Source: Acanthaster planci (Eukaryota). From it: 64,000 nucleotides of DNA. The translations under genes were made by a program, and so were the position numbers. The DNA lies in NCBI RefSeq assembly GCF_001949145.1, contig NW_019091357.1, positions 2,952,859 to 3,016,858 of the forward strand. The letters are read 5' to 3'. Positions 22,735 to 37,091 of the stretch are shown one piece after another. The first letter of the stretch is position 1; each line of letters begins with the position of its first letter. The notes beneath the pieces were generated by a model. That model did no database searches. It saw only the letters and a program-made list of their open reading frames with translations, and was not told where the DNA came from.

Positions 22735-25621
22735 CTGGCTCACTGGACTTACTGGCTTGCGCGCGGGCGGCGTGTGAAGTAAAATGCGCCCTCAAGTGAC
22801 AACAGTAATCCAGTCAAGGTGACTGCCCGTTCGTTCAAATTAAACTATGCGACGGTCAGGGTGATTTTCTGCTTTCCAGAGTTGTAAGTCAATTATCGTC
22901 GCTAGCCTTTTTTCTTTTCTTTTCGTCTTTCAAGAAGCAGTGACTTTCTTGTTGTACAACTAGTGTCACACACAAGCCCGATATTGAAAACAGAAGACTT
23001 AAGCGTGCTAGATTTGCTTTTTCTCTTAAGCTTCAGCGCCCGTATGTGATTTTGGCCCCGCATCAAAATATTTCATTATCCATTATTTTGAGGAAAAAAA
23101 GAAGAAACGTTGAACTTGACGAAAAATCTACCTCCCAACATCGAAAGTTACGTTCCGCCAATCCCAGTCATCAGTTCACAAAAAATGTAGAGCCCAAATG
23201 CCCGGTGGGCACCTTGTAAGCCTATCTGGCCACCCAATGGTTTTTATGCATGTGAAAAGGGTATACAGTGTACAGTATATGGAAATAGCGAATAATGAAA
23301 AAACGCATTTAAATTTGAAAAACCCTGACGAGAAACAATAAATTTCATTGGCCTTATCAATAACTTCTGTTAACCACGTATATATGCCTTAGACCCTCAC
23401 GAAATCTAGTTTTCTGCCACTTACAATACCAATTCTTGTTGCTGACCACTGAGGTTTGACAATCGGCATGCCACATGCATATTTATTATTCACCATGATG
23501 ATTATTGCCATAAGTTACTGTAGCAGAGACGTGACGATACGGACCGGACCCGCTGTCAATGGCAATGTTTGTACTGATAAAGGACGCAAGAATGTTTCCC
23601 GTAACGAGGAATGTTTTGATTCCACTAAAAAAAGCTCTTAAAAAATCATAGTTTAAACAAAACTAATTACAAAAACTGCTTCAGGTGGCACAGTTATCGC
23701 GTTTAATGAACCACTTGCTTTTTTTGTTTCGTTTTTAGAAGGCGAGTCCAGATACATTAGCTGCGGCGGGTGGATTTTGCTGAGGGAATTTGGAAGCAAG
23801 AAATGGCAGACAGAGTCGTTATGTTATCCTGATAGGTACGAAAATGCTACAAACGTACCGTGAAAGATATTTTTCAAGCGTGGCTCAAACAACGAGGGCA
23901 GATCCAGGGTTTGTCAATAGGGGCCAGGACCCCCCTCCCCAAAAGGGGCTTCCTTGTTTAATAAAATGAGAGAAATGCGGCTTTCTTGGGCTCATTTCGC
24001 TTACCTTCCTTTCAAAAGAGTACAAACAGCCACAAAATGTCGCCTCACTCCTCCAAAAGGCCACGCAAGGTTACGTGACAGACAAATCCGATTAGTGTGA
24101 CCCCAAACAAATTTGGCTTCCGAAATTTGGTTCTAAATTCGACCTTGCACATTAATAAAATTCACAGTTCATTTTTTTTTAAACAGGGCTCTGAAAAATC
24201 GAGCCATTTTGATTTACCCACATTTCCAGATGTTACAAGGTCAAAATTGTTTTAAGTGTAGCTGCAGTGAATTTTTTAACACAATTTTCCTGCAACTTCG
24301 TATTCTTCTTCAATATATGAAAACTCTTAAACTTTCCTATTTGGTTCAATGCATTGAAAAGTGCCCTTAAGCTTGTTAAACATCTAAAATAGTAGATACT
24401 TTCTTGGACAACAGAGGGCACTGTTGCTGTGAAGTCATCTAGGGAAGATATGATTTTTTTTTCAGTGCGTAGGCTTTTCTGTTCAAATTGTGAACCCAGA
24501 ATTTACTTCCTGACAACATTTCTGAAAAAGGATTGATGCTTGCTTATATTTTGCTGTGCACATGAACAGGAACTAATCGGCAAAGAAAAGAAAATTAAAC
24601 TGCGTCCAGCAAAATCTGCAAAAATGCGGGACTTTGGTGCCTACAAAGCAATGTAACATCGAGGTTTCTTCCTGATGACATGACATCGGAGTTTTACTCA
24701 TTAGCATAAAAATAAAAAGAGCAGTAAAATACCCTTTAAAAGGATGAAACAAAAAGTTGGAAATAAGTTTAACTGAGACAAAAAGTGCATTTAGAACTTA
24801 CGGTCTGTATTTAAAACGTTGATTGCAGCTAGGGCTACCCTTTAAAACTACGTAGTCCATGTTCAAAGTGCCGTCTTGCTGTCCATCTGCCGGATTGGAA
24901 TGAAAGAAAGACCGAAAAACTTCAGCTAACCTCTGTTTTCTGTAAGTTTTATATTGCAAACATCTTTAAATGTAAAGCAATTAAGGCGTTATTTCGCCGC
25001 GACACAGCCTATTCATTTACAAAATGAATTAGTTTTGATCCCTGCGAAAACCTATAAACATTGAACATCAACATTCCCCTTCCTTTGATTAAACTTTCAT
25101 AGATAAGACTGACATTCAATAGCCCAGATGTTCGATACCAATAACGCAGTGCTGGCACTTTTTTATTCGGGGGGAGTCGCAGTCACTGTGGGTCGCGGCG
25201 GCAGGCTCAACCCCTCCTCTGTCATGTGTTCGCGGAAGCCGGGTGGCGTCACTTCAGGCCCGGGCCGCCGTGGTCAGCTTGGCACACTGTGGCGTTGTCG
25301 TGGAGTATCGACGCAGCTGTGTACTATTTGCAGGAAACGAACAGACAGCATCATACATGCATGGAGGGCGAGTCAAACGCACAAAAACAAAAGAGCTTTT
25401 ATTGCCGAACAGTTGGGTAATTTCCCCCCAAAGTTTACGTCAGGTGGTTTAGCCAAGGACCATTATTGTTGCGTGAAGTGGTACTGCCCAACGTTTACCC
25501 TCCTCTTTTGGGCAGTGAAGGCACACAATATTCACAGAAAGTCGGGTAAATAACCCAACCTTGACAAAAGTAATGATCGTCGCCCGAACGTGACCCCGGG
25601 ACATTTTGAGCGCACTGCACA

Positions 25622-25866
25622 CAGGGGCGGATCTGGAAGTTTTTCCGGGGGGGGGGCTCAGGCTGAAGTTTTTTTCATTGTCTCACGTTTGTGGACAAGC
25701 AGAAACGATACTGAAACATTACACATGACATACATTGTTTGCAATGGTATTGGTACCCTAAACTTTAGCAATTTTAACAAATCCTCCCCCTTCCCCGTTT
25801 TTTTTTTCTGCATCACAGAGCAGGGAGGGAGATCGACCCCCTACCCCCCCCCCAATCTGCATCTGG
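25622..25866. mobile_element. hAT-type MITE (CAGGGGCGGATC family)
   Basis: CAGGGGCGGATCT...poly-G/poly-C subtermini...AATCTGCATCTG. Similar degenerate elements lie at ~17294-17540 and ~31582-31855. Confidence 0.5.
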
Positions 25867-26890
25867 CATAGCAGACAGAAAGGCAGACGGTTATTATTGT
25901 ACTGGTCAATATAACACCAAGTTGGATCACTATTTTTTGCACGCGAAGAACCAATCACCAAATCTTGGGTGGGTGCATGAAGAGGGTAGCGCTAACGTCA
26001 GAGTTTGGAACCAAAATGGCTGTTCTTCATGTGTGCAGTAAAGCATGCAGCTATTGTCCGTGTGCGCTGATGCCTTATCCACCATTTTGGTTCCAACAAC
26101 TGAGACACTCATGTCGACACTCTCGTCTCTGACGGCACAATCGATGAGCACGACTGCAGCTATGCAAGTCGTTGAACATTAATCCCCAAATGCCTGTCGA
26201 TCAGAAATGATGAAGCGAACGACTTGGCCACGATAGACGGCCCTCAAAGCTTACAGTGAGAATTTTGAGTCGACTGCTTATTCCACCGCAACGGAAACAT
26301 GCCGCTACCCGCTATTTCTACGCTACCAATATCAAGGGGAACCCCCTGCCTGAGTTTCCGCTGACGTGACACGCACCAGGGAGAGCTGACTTGATGGTCG
26401 ATGTATTGATGCGCAAACTTGTTGCCATCCATCGGATTTGTACACTTCTTTGATACCATTTTCCTCAATTCGAACTGTTGATAAAGCCTGGAAATTGCAG
26501 GCCGGTAAAGAGGCGGGGGGGGGGTGAGAAGAGCGGAAGCAACCAGCAGCACTGCATGCTGGTAGATTGCAGAGAAATTCCGACAAAACTGTATGAGCGT
26601 TCCGAATGGCTCTGCTTTGCGATGGAGTGTTAACATCAATTTACAAAATGGCGATGGCTTTCACGACTAGTTTAAGGGTGATCATCTTGAGATGCAAGTA
26701 ACCCCGAAGGGCTGATTGTTAATCCAGCAAAAAAAGTAAAAAAAAAAATAGGAAATAGGCTTGAATGTGAGTGAGTTGATGTGAGTCTTTGAACACCTGA
26801 AAAACTTGTATTTTTCCTCATTTTGTTGTAAAGAGGGTCAAGTATCATTGCTGTCAACGGCAGCCTATTTACTGCTGTACAACAGCTTGC

Positions 26891-27066
26891 AATACGGGCG
26901 ATTCACAAAAGTGCGCCTCCAAGAGTTTGCAACGCGTTGGCCAATCACAATGCGCGAAATTTGTCGACCCGACGCGCGTTTGGAAAGGGTCGACAAATTC
27001 TGCGCGTTGTGATAGGCCAACGCGTTGCAAACTCTTGGGGTCGCACTCTTGTGAATCGCCCGTATT
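26891..27066. mobile_element. Fully palindromic (hairpin) MITE, copy 1
   Basis: ~80-bp arms (aatacgggcgattcacaa..ttgtcgaccc / gggtcgacaa..ttgtgaatcgcccgtatt) around a ~16-nt spacer; second copy at 40901-41075. Confidence 0.85.
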
Positions 27067-27896
27067 ATATTGATAACCAGTTGTTCTGTCCTTACAAGTT
27101 ACACTTCCTTTGTCTGGCGCTACCTACGTACACCGTGTACTAAAGACAACATAATCATATTAATCACTCGGCCTCCCGAAATCTCGTCACTTGTGAGCGT
27201 CATATGTAACATCATCGCAAGCAAATGCTAATATTCTGTCTCAAGTAAATGAATAATTGATTCGTGAAATGAGGACAGTTACACAGGTGCGTTACCCGAA
27301 ACGCAAGCCCCAACTAACAGATGCGTTACGTGAACGGCGCCTGCGGCTTCGCTGTCGGTGGTGCACGCAGGGCGGACGCCGAGTTCTCCTTTACAATGAC
27401 GCTGGATTTAAAAAAAAAAGAAAACAAACAAATAGTTACACGAGCAACTACCCCCTTGGCCTTGTGAAAGGTACCCATGCATTAAGATCCCATCTGAAAC
27501 TTTCACGTACCCGAACTGTGTTTTGAAAGCAGTAAACATTTACTATTCACAACAGCCCATATTTGTTTTCATTGTTATTCTTGGCTGAAAACAATTTACC
27601 CTCGGGGTTATCTTAAAACTTTATTCGTGAATCAGTGTAATGTAAAACAAGGCCGGAGCATTTTAAGAGCGACCCTTATGGACTGTCGGATAGTTGAGTT
27701 GCGAATTAAACACTACTAACCAAGGACATACGCGTCAGCCCAGTAACACTCGAAGAAGTCATGGTTACTCAGTAGAGAGTAGTTATAACGATTAGCGTCA
27801 GTGTAACGCCTTTTTTTTTACCACTGTTTAACAAGACCACGTGCTTACCTCAGTTCAAGTCGTAGGGAACTGTATTACGGTATTTAGAGGCACTAA

Positions 27897-28234
27897 GGGT
27901 ACAGTGGGTGGGTTAACCAATTTCATCTTTAATTATTCCCACAAATAAAATTACCCCCCGAAAAGTGATTTTCCGAAGTCTGATTGCAGCCATTTTTCAA
28001 GTGGCAACCCTCACGTTTCTCGGGCACTTAGGGATATTTTTTAACCGTATTTTTTAAGCTATTCTGCTCTTAGATGAATGCCCAAAGACGCAGGGAGTTG
28101 ATTTTGGCAAGGATTTACAGAACTTCACCATTTTGGGGGCCATACAGTCTTCTTTTTCAAAAGATAACGTCGGGGCACCTTTAATTCAAATGAGCTGGCC
28201 AGAAATTCTCGCTTGAATTAGTGGACTGTACCCC
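27897..28234. mobile_element. Harbinger-like MITE
   Basis: TAA|GGGTACAGT ... ACTGTACCCC|TAA: short TIR with 3-bp TAA TSD. Confidence 0.55.
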
Positions 28235-31200
28235 TAAGATTATATCCCATTCTCAGAGAAGCCGTTTTTGATCGCGTTCCCAGAATCTATATTATTCAAT
28301 GTAATCTGTTGAAATGGGGTGCTGCCAGACTATTCGGTTTTATATTCCTCACCTTCATTTTAACGTGATTCAAAAAATCACATTCAAGTAATCGCAAATA
28401 CAAATTTTAATTCAAAACTATTCATTGGCAAAAAAATTATCTGTAATGAACTCTTAATCTTATTTCACGGACTTCTCCCGTATTCTCAGGTTCCCAAGCA
28501 AAAGGTTTAAACTTTGCTTTCAATACGATACGGCCGGCATGTGAATGAGGCCAATTGACCAGCCGAAACCTCCCGGTGTCGCCGTCAAAAGAATCGAATC
28601 CCCGGTCATACCAGATAGGAGAAAATATCCGCGGCACACAGTCAAAAGTTCCTAAGCTCGATCCGGGATCAGGTAGGAGGTGCGTAATGGGAATCAAGCA
28701 CGGGTACGAGATCGCTGTACTTTCAGGGCGGGGAAGTCACCCTTATCGCACGAAACAGCAGAATCTCAAGCGCATATTACTCATAACAGGTCCCCAAGGA
28801 TTCGTTTATTGAAAAGGATCAGTATCGATGACAGGGTTTATCGACTATTGTCAAACTGTAACGGTCTGAGGATCGATTTCCCGAATCCGTCTAGGATATG
28901 ACAGATGACCTTGTGGTCAATTACTGACTTCAAGGAAGCTTAGTGAGACAGTGGGCATTCGTTCCTTTTTGAATTTGCAAAGTATTAGCCCAAATTAGAA
29001 TATCTCTCCTTGTTTTAGATTCTGGTAAGATTTGTGTCTGCATTAGTTTTTCATACCGTCCCTAGTTGAATGAACTCTTTTCCGTGCGCATTCACTGAAA
29101 AAGAAAGAAAGAAAAAGTTTTTTTTACCGCCACGACATGACGAATCCAAACAACATTACGCTCATAGCATTATAGTCTATTCTCGATTGATCGATTTCAT
29201 CAAAAGTCAGAAACGGCTCAGACTGTACATAGCTTGTCTCGGAACCTTTGTAACCAATGGCGTCAGAAAAGTGTATTATTTCCTTCAAAACTAGACATGG
29301 ACATCCCCAGAGGTAATAACCTATGTATTTGAAAGTGGTCAGTCATTCAAATCATCTGGACCATTCATTCGTCCATTTACTTGCGCGTGCCCTGTATAAT
29401 CCGGGGCGCTGTAAAGCCTTTTCCCCAGATAATCCGCATGACCTTTATGACACCCGCTCGGTGAAACAACGTGGCAAAAACGGCCAAAACACCATGCCAA
29501 GATCCTGGTCAGTGACCTGCTACTTTCCGGAAGGATGACTCCAAAGGCGAGAAGGGGAATTATAAAAAGCGGGATTAAACTATTGTTGCGAGAGGCCTAG
29601 ATTTAATCCCACACAAAAGACGAAGGTGGCCCATGTCCGAAAATAAAATAGTGCTGAATTGTTTCAGGGTATGCATAGATTCATGCGTATGCAGGAGTCT
29701 GCTCCTCCGGGATCCCCCCCCCCAACTATCACTGGCAGCTGGACGTTAAGTACATTCATGCTCGATTCACGGTTCGAATTCAGGCAACAGTCACGGTTGA
29801 CAGCTCCCTTTACGTCCCTAACGCGTTCAAGCTACGCTCATCGGGCCAAAGCGTGCCGTAAGTCCGTACAGCTAGCCCCAGGCAACGAGTGTGTGTGTGT
29901 GTGGTTTTTTTTTCAAGCCGATGGTTGCTATATTCATTACATTTTTATCGTATCAGTCTTTGTGACGCTCTTTCCAGAAGTTGCTTCAGCGTGGGACTCT
30001 CTTTGGCATTAAGTGAAATGTTTGAAATTTAAGGACAGAAGTACTTTGGAGGAACCGACTACCAAGTACCAAACGACTTCTTAGCACTCATGAAGTGGCC
30101 TAGGAATCTTACATTGTGTCCCCAAATCTACCCTGACATAATCCCTCTTCAATCCAAAATGGCGTCCAGTTCTTTTTACACGCTTCGGAGGCGTACTTCG
30201 AACAAAGTGTGCTCAGGTGAGCAGCGGAAACCTGAACTGAAATTTGCATGAGCCCAAAGTAATTGTTGTTTATGGACAGCCTGGTAACGACGGTGACAGT
30301 GACAGCAACATCATCAACAACAGCAGCGACAATGACAACGACTGTTTGAGACAGCTCTGCTATGCGGGACCACTCGGCCCATGCAGCTTCACAGCGATTC
30401 TATAGGATCCTTTTCGTTGGCGACCATTTTTCCGGTTTCGTTTAACTACCGGGTACAGCAGTCTTAAATCCTACAATCGTCCAAAATAAAAAAAATAATA
30501 AAAATAATAAAATAAAATAAAAAGGGAATATTTTCCTCCGCAGAACATGCACTTTTGCTCACTTGTTTCCTCTGTTCGGAATGGACTATGAAAAGGGAAC
30601 GGTTTAAGACTTACCGTGAAAAAAAATTCCAACCGTACAAATTTATGGGCTTGAAGATATGCCAGTATCTAGATTAACGGTGGACTAGACTCCAAAAAGA
30701 AACGAATTCTAGATCTGTTGTGAACAATTACTCCCAATTTTCGTTATTTATTTTTTTCGGGGGAAAAGAGGGTCGACAGCTACCTAAGCCTTTAGATTTG
30801 GCGTAGAATTCTACCAGGGATCAGTTTCCTTCCGGATGACTCCTGATCAAATCGGCTTAATTCGGACCTATCAATCCGTGTCTCTTTGTGTCCATCAAAA
30901 GGGAAGCGGAAAAGGGTTAAGTACCACCTACACCACACTCCCTATATCTCCTTTGTCATCGTTTGTCGCTCGAGCCGCATCTCCCGGGGAGGGGAACTCG
31001 GAGGGAAACACGTTTCGTTTCGAATGAAAAGGACTGCCGGGACACCTGTTAATTTGGGCCCCATTTAATTATCATAATACGCGGTCTATCATTAATACCC
31101 TTGCTCCATTTAGCCCCCCCCCCCTCTCGCGGATGCGCTTAGTCGGCGCGTCCGACTGCCCGGCAGAGAATTGTCATTTTAATGCCACGTGACGAGATGG

Positions 31201-34200
31201 TGCGATGGCGTGATGGTGCTTTTTGTGTTCTTGCGCAAGCGGGTCATCACGCATCGATAACCACAGGAGCCCCACGCATCATCGATCAAATTCTGTTGCT
31301 TAAGACCCAGGAACCTGTAAGAGTCCCGTCCAATGGTCCCCATACTTCATTCTTTAAAATGAAATTTTACTGAATTTGCAATATGAATTTCTTGATATAA
31401 TATTTTGACACAATACATCTATGTCCACATTAACACGTCTGATGAATGATTTGGTCTAATCAACGTTGACCGTTGAGCTGCCCGCGGGCGGCAGGCACGG
31501 GTCGCCCCACTTCTCTCAAAGAAAGAGCGCCCACCCGGGAAAAGGCACGCAGGCGACTCTTTACACAAACACAGAAAATGACTAGGGTGGATTAACAACC
31601 AAATTATTTGTCGGGGCCAAATTGTTTCGGGGGGCAGGGGTTGGAGCGAATATTTTGCATTTTTTCACATGATTATGGCCTTTCTGGGAATGAGGCTACA
31701 CTTGGGACCTTTTTATTACGAGCTTTGAGAAGAAAGAGAAATGAAAAAAAAGAAACAAAAATTGCCTCACGTTTACTTGTTTTTAATTTTTTTATTTTTT
31801 TGGCTCCATTTTTTAAAGGAGGTATGGCTCCCATTCGCCCCCTGGATCCACCTTAGTTACAGGAGGACATTTCTGAACTCAAAGTGGTGGTCCTGTTCAG
31901 GTGGAAAGAAATAAATTGAACATGTTGTCAGAAAGAACAATCGTGGCAAACTGATTCAGACATGTGAGCAGCTTTCAAAAGCACCAACCTAAGCCCGGCA
32001 TAGTAGCTCTGCGCGACGTGAACACGAACAAATGTAGTGGCATCAGAAGAAATACCCGCGCTGGGAATTCACCCAAAAATTGAGCACGTTTGCAAAAGCG
32101 AAAAGCGAATCTTGCTGCAAAAGTTTTGTGACCCCGAATTCACTTCGCTTTCTCGCCCACCCTGAGGTCTAAACCGGCCTGTTATTAAGTCGTAAACGCG
32201 GAAACTTCGTGTTGCGATTTTCACGCCGTACCGACAAAAAGTAAAGCGTGAACTTGAATACAAAGGGAATTTATTCCAGCGTCGTTATGCGTGTATGTTC
32301 CACACTCGCGTTCCTGGGCGACACACTGTGTGTTTCTATGGTCGATTCGGCTTCACTTCATGGAGGATTAATCTTGAAACTGCACACGCAGACATTTTGT
32401 GATGAATTGGAACATGCAAGATGTCTGTCTGTATTCTTGCCCGTCCAAAAGTGCAAGTGGCCCAGATGCAGCTGAGACGAAGGGTCACCACCAGGCGACC
32501 GCCATCTTGCACGGGTCTTTTGGAAAAGAGAGTCGATTTTTTTTTAATTTTTATTTTTCTATTTTTCCAGCTGAGAATGTTCAATCCAACAATACCATGT
32601 GCTGCCTCTACAAAAGGCATAACCTGGGGAAGAATTAGTGTATACAGGTGCAAACTAGAGAGGAAAAATCGAAACAAAACCAAATGACAAAGGGACAGAT
32701 TAACAAAAAACAGCCATTGGTAACGGGTGCATTTGTCACCAAAAGGCCTCACATTTCACAATAATTCGACGAAAGAGAGAGGGAGAGAGAAAAAACAAAG
32801 AATAGGCTATTTCAATTTTTTTGTTCTGTGTTCTTAACCACGTGATGTTGTACATGCAACTCCCCAGCCTCTGGGGTGGTATCGGGTGACTGGGGGGGGG
32901 GCACAGGGGAAACGAGCCCAGAGGGTGCACTGGTACCCGAAACATATCACTTCCCTTAATCTGGCACGACAATCCTGGCCGGTGCCTGACTCGACGGTAG
33001 GATCACCGGGTGTCAAACCCACCCGCCCCCGGCAACAACACCCATTGAATGCATGTCCATACAATTACATTGGGCTGCTTCTGTTCAACTGAACATGCCG
33101 GCAGTCATGCGTGAATGTTTTTTGTTTTGTTTTGTTTTGGTTTTTTTTTTATTTGTGTGCGTTGGATACGGGCTGCAGCTGTCGCGTGCGTATCCCTAGC
33201 CCTGGCCATATTACAAGCGCCACATTTTCATGACCTGTAACCTGGAATACGTTTGTGACATAATAAACTGCAATAACCACACAGCAATATCGTTTATTAC
33301 ACAGCAGTCAGGGGGTGTAGAAAAATGGTTTTAAATGTCAGTCCTGAGAGGAGACTAGTCTTCACGCCTCGTGGAACCATCCCCCGTTGAAATGTCGGAA
33401 TTTACCCCTTTTTGAAAAACTCCAGTCACGAATTACAGCCTTTATTCAAGTCTTGTTATCCCACTGTCTTGAATTAAAAATTTGCGACAAGGAACGTGTA
33501 AAAAAGGAGGACTGCAAATGGTTACGTCATCGGACAGAAACAAAATACAAGACACAACCAAAGACTTTGTTGGCAAACGTCATTTTCACTAATTATTCGG
33601 TATACGTCCTTTACTGCATCTTTTCTTTTTTTTTAGATTCTAAAGAGGAAATGCCCGTTCTAGTTTGCTGCTGAGTGGGGCAACAAATTTGGGAGTATTT
33701 TAGGCCAGTTATTTTGTAGATTACAAAAAAGCTGTCTGCTTATTTTTCCGCCAGCTTGAATCAGCGATGAACCAACTCCAATCTTCGGTATGTAATTGGA
33801 CTGGCAAGAAATCAGACTGACGAAAACTAATTACCAAAAATCAAACATATCTCTGGTGAAGTCGCGAAAGCACGACACACCCCATTCAGCGGCAAGGGTG
33901 TTACTAGCATAGCTGTTTATAGAGAGAATTGCGACATTAGTGTCTCAATTGTTGGAACCAACCTGGTGGATTGTACGTCAGTGCACGCGGACAATTAGCA
34001 CACAGAAGCTCCATGTTGTAACTGCAATCGTATTAATGGACAGCCATTTTGGTTCCAAAGTCTGCAGTTAACGCTACGGGTGCACCTCTGAAATTAAGAC
34101 ACATTCATTTTAATAAAAGTTCTACACCGTATTCTATAGTAGAGAGTCCTGAAAGCCATGGAATTGGGGAATTGAAGAATTTGGCACTGAACCTCTGGCC

Positions 34201-35731
34201 CGGACTCAAGGCTTCCCATTCTGAGCAGTTTGGATGAAATGGGGTCCAAAAGTGGCACCATTCAGCCGTTTTGCAGATGGATGCATTTTCAAAATGACTA
34301 CTTTTCGGCACTGGGAAATTTCCTTCATTTTAGGGGTGGTCAGTTTTGGGGTGAGAATTTCTTTAAAATTTATTGGTCAACCTGCTAACAATTGAAAGGA
34401 AAATGAAAGAGGACAAGTCGAAGATTATTTTTCTGTGCAGACTGAACACTTGTGATAGTTGTGGGTATTTTTAAAATAATTTTGAATTGGATTGGGATTT
34501 ATCACTGGTGTCTATGGGAATTTACTTAGGGGTGCACCCAGGTGCACCCTAGATCTACTTGATAACAATGAACAGCGCCTCCCGGAGAGAACCCGCTGCA
34601 TGGTTCGGGTCAGAATCCCCGCCCTCCAACCCAACCTTCTTTGTATGTACCTTCACAAAGTACGTAAGTTCCCACGATCGCAATTCGACGACCCTTCTGT
34701 CGAGAAAGTGGGACCCCCCAACTCTCCCAGGCGGGAAAAACGCGAGATTTTGCGGGAGTTCGTTCGATGTCTTCTTTTTCCTCGGCGGTGGCTCTGGGCC
34801 GCGGCAGGGTATTTTCACCGTAAAACATAACGCGCCTCATGCACGTGTCTCATTGTCAAAGGCGAATACCGATGCAAGAATTGACCTCATCGGGCGGGTT
34901 GTCCATTGACCGCGCATAGAAATCGTGATTCGATCGTAAGAGTTGCGAGAGCCGCACCTTCTGTTGAGACCACATCGAGCCTGGGTCATCACCCCAATTT
35001 TAAATTAACTGTGCTCGAGTTTACGCATGACTATTTGAGGATTCCGGTGATGAAATCTTCTCACACGAGCTTTCTGTGCAACGTTATCAAAGATGAACTC
35101 TTTAAACAATTTAAACTGCCCATGCTTTTCCGCACAACTGAGGGCACTGTTGCTTTGATAGCCTTCACGGAAGACACCTGGACTGGTCCCCGTCCATATA
35201 GGGACCAGCAGCTAGCTGCAATATGCGATCAGCCCTGTCAATTTGGATGCAGAATATTTAAACTTTTGTCAGGCCAACAGCAATGCTTTGACACGAAATA
35301 CGTTACAGCAGTAAGGATGAAAATACACAATAAGTTATCATTATTCTTCCTTTGTTTATCACGGAGTGGTAATTTATTTTTTCAAAGAATATCATAGATA
35401 AACTATTTTACAGCAATTTATTCCAAATTAGTGGTTATTTTGTTAAATTTTAGATAAATACCAGTAAACAATTATGGTGATTTTTTTTCTGCAACAAAGA
35501 AGAAGAGGCAAAATATTCTTTCAGCTCCTGCTTGATTTGTGCATTGAGAGAGCATTGTTTCCTCATTAACATAAAACCGACAGGATTCCTCCGGTTTCAA
35601 TACCCGCTACGGGTCCCTGCATTCGAAGGACGTCTGGAGGCTACGTACGGGACGGGAACCAGGCTAGGAAGGCAGGGTTCCTTTCATAGGTTTTTCTGTG
35701 ATCAATAATTGTGAAAACTAAATTAACTCAT

Positions 35732-36040
35732 CAGTGGTGTATCTAGCGGGGGTGGGGGCAACTTATGATTATAAGATTATGATAACTTGATTGGCCCTAT
35801 GATTGTTTGTTTGTTGCTTTTTTTTTACAAAGAATACTTCATTGGTGAGAAGGAAAGAAAGTAATCGGTATATATATAAAACATTAGCACTAAAATCCTT
35901 AGAAAACAACACCGGCAAATAAAAACATGGATGTCGGGACCGTGAGTAGGGCTTTTGGTTTTTGTTCTCCCCAAACATCATGTTGAATAAGCCCGAAGCT
36001 GCATTCGCTTTTGCCCCAAAGGCTGGATACGCCGCCCCGC
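35732..36040. mobile_element. hAT-type MITE, copy A
   Basis: CAGTGGTGTATCT...GGATACGCCGC ends; internal 35883-36015 is the reverse complement of 37130-37260. Confidence 0.65.
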
Positions 36041-37091
36041 CGTAACTCAGTGAAAACACTTTTGAGAAAACAACCCTATCGCCATAAACTGAACAGGGCG
36101 CTACTGGGAAGGGCTCATGACTTTACACTGTGATTGACTACCGTACATTGTGCACGACCTGTGACAGCGAGGTTATCACTTCCCGTTAGCGAAACATGAT
36201 TTGAATGTTGTGGTTCGCCAATGGCAATGATTTGACACATGTAAAGTGTCGGCGTGTAGAGTGTGGTAATTTAACTTGTCACTAAACATCACTTAGTGAT
36301 CACGTGTCTCTTGGCGATACTTGTATATTTCAAATCATTGGTTATCTGTAATAATCTGGATAAACGAACTGTAGTAAGAATATTTAGCAATGATGGATCA
36401 AAAGAAAAAAAGTATCCACTTGATAACCGCCGCTTGTGTAACGCATTGAGCGTTAGCAGAAATTTACCCACAATGCTGGCGAGTCGTTAGCTGCGATCCC
36501 TTGTGACGTATTTCCTTCACTAAACCCTGTGTCAGCAAAATACGAAACTTGTATCATTAAGGTTTTCTTCCCGGGATGACATTACAGATTTGCTTATGAA
36601 TATGGAAATATCATGAGCGAAAATGCCACAAACAAATTTGGCATGAAATACATTGTATAATGGCCAAACAAAAACTGGCGATAAAGATTGAGACACAATG
36701 GAGCATTTTCAAGGGTTGTGTGAAAAACAACTTATGGAGGCCTGTTCTCAAGAGCTTCCCCAGTTGACAGTAAATGTATTCATTGACATGAGGAATGCAG
36801 TTAACGTATCGCCACAGGGCACAATGAGGCGATAGGGAGCACTTTCTTTCGTTCCTTTATTGTGGGGACGAGGATGTGCTGTTTACGTGCAGCCAACGGA
36901 AGACTGGGAAAGTAAACAAGAACCTCTCGGTGTAGCAGGGGGACTAGTTTTTACTGTGCTTCTTATTCCATCATAAGCCCTATCATACAAGCGCCAATTG
37001 ACATCGAGAAATCAAGACAAGAAGTCACCACGACATCAGGACACTGAGACAACCGGAACATCAGGGTGTCAAGACACCAAGACATCAGGTA

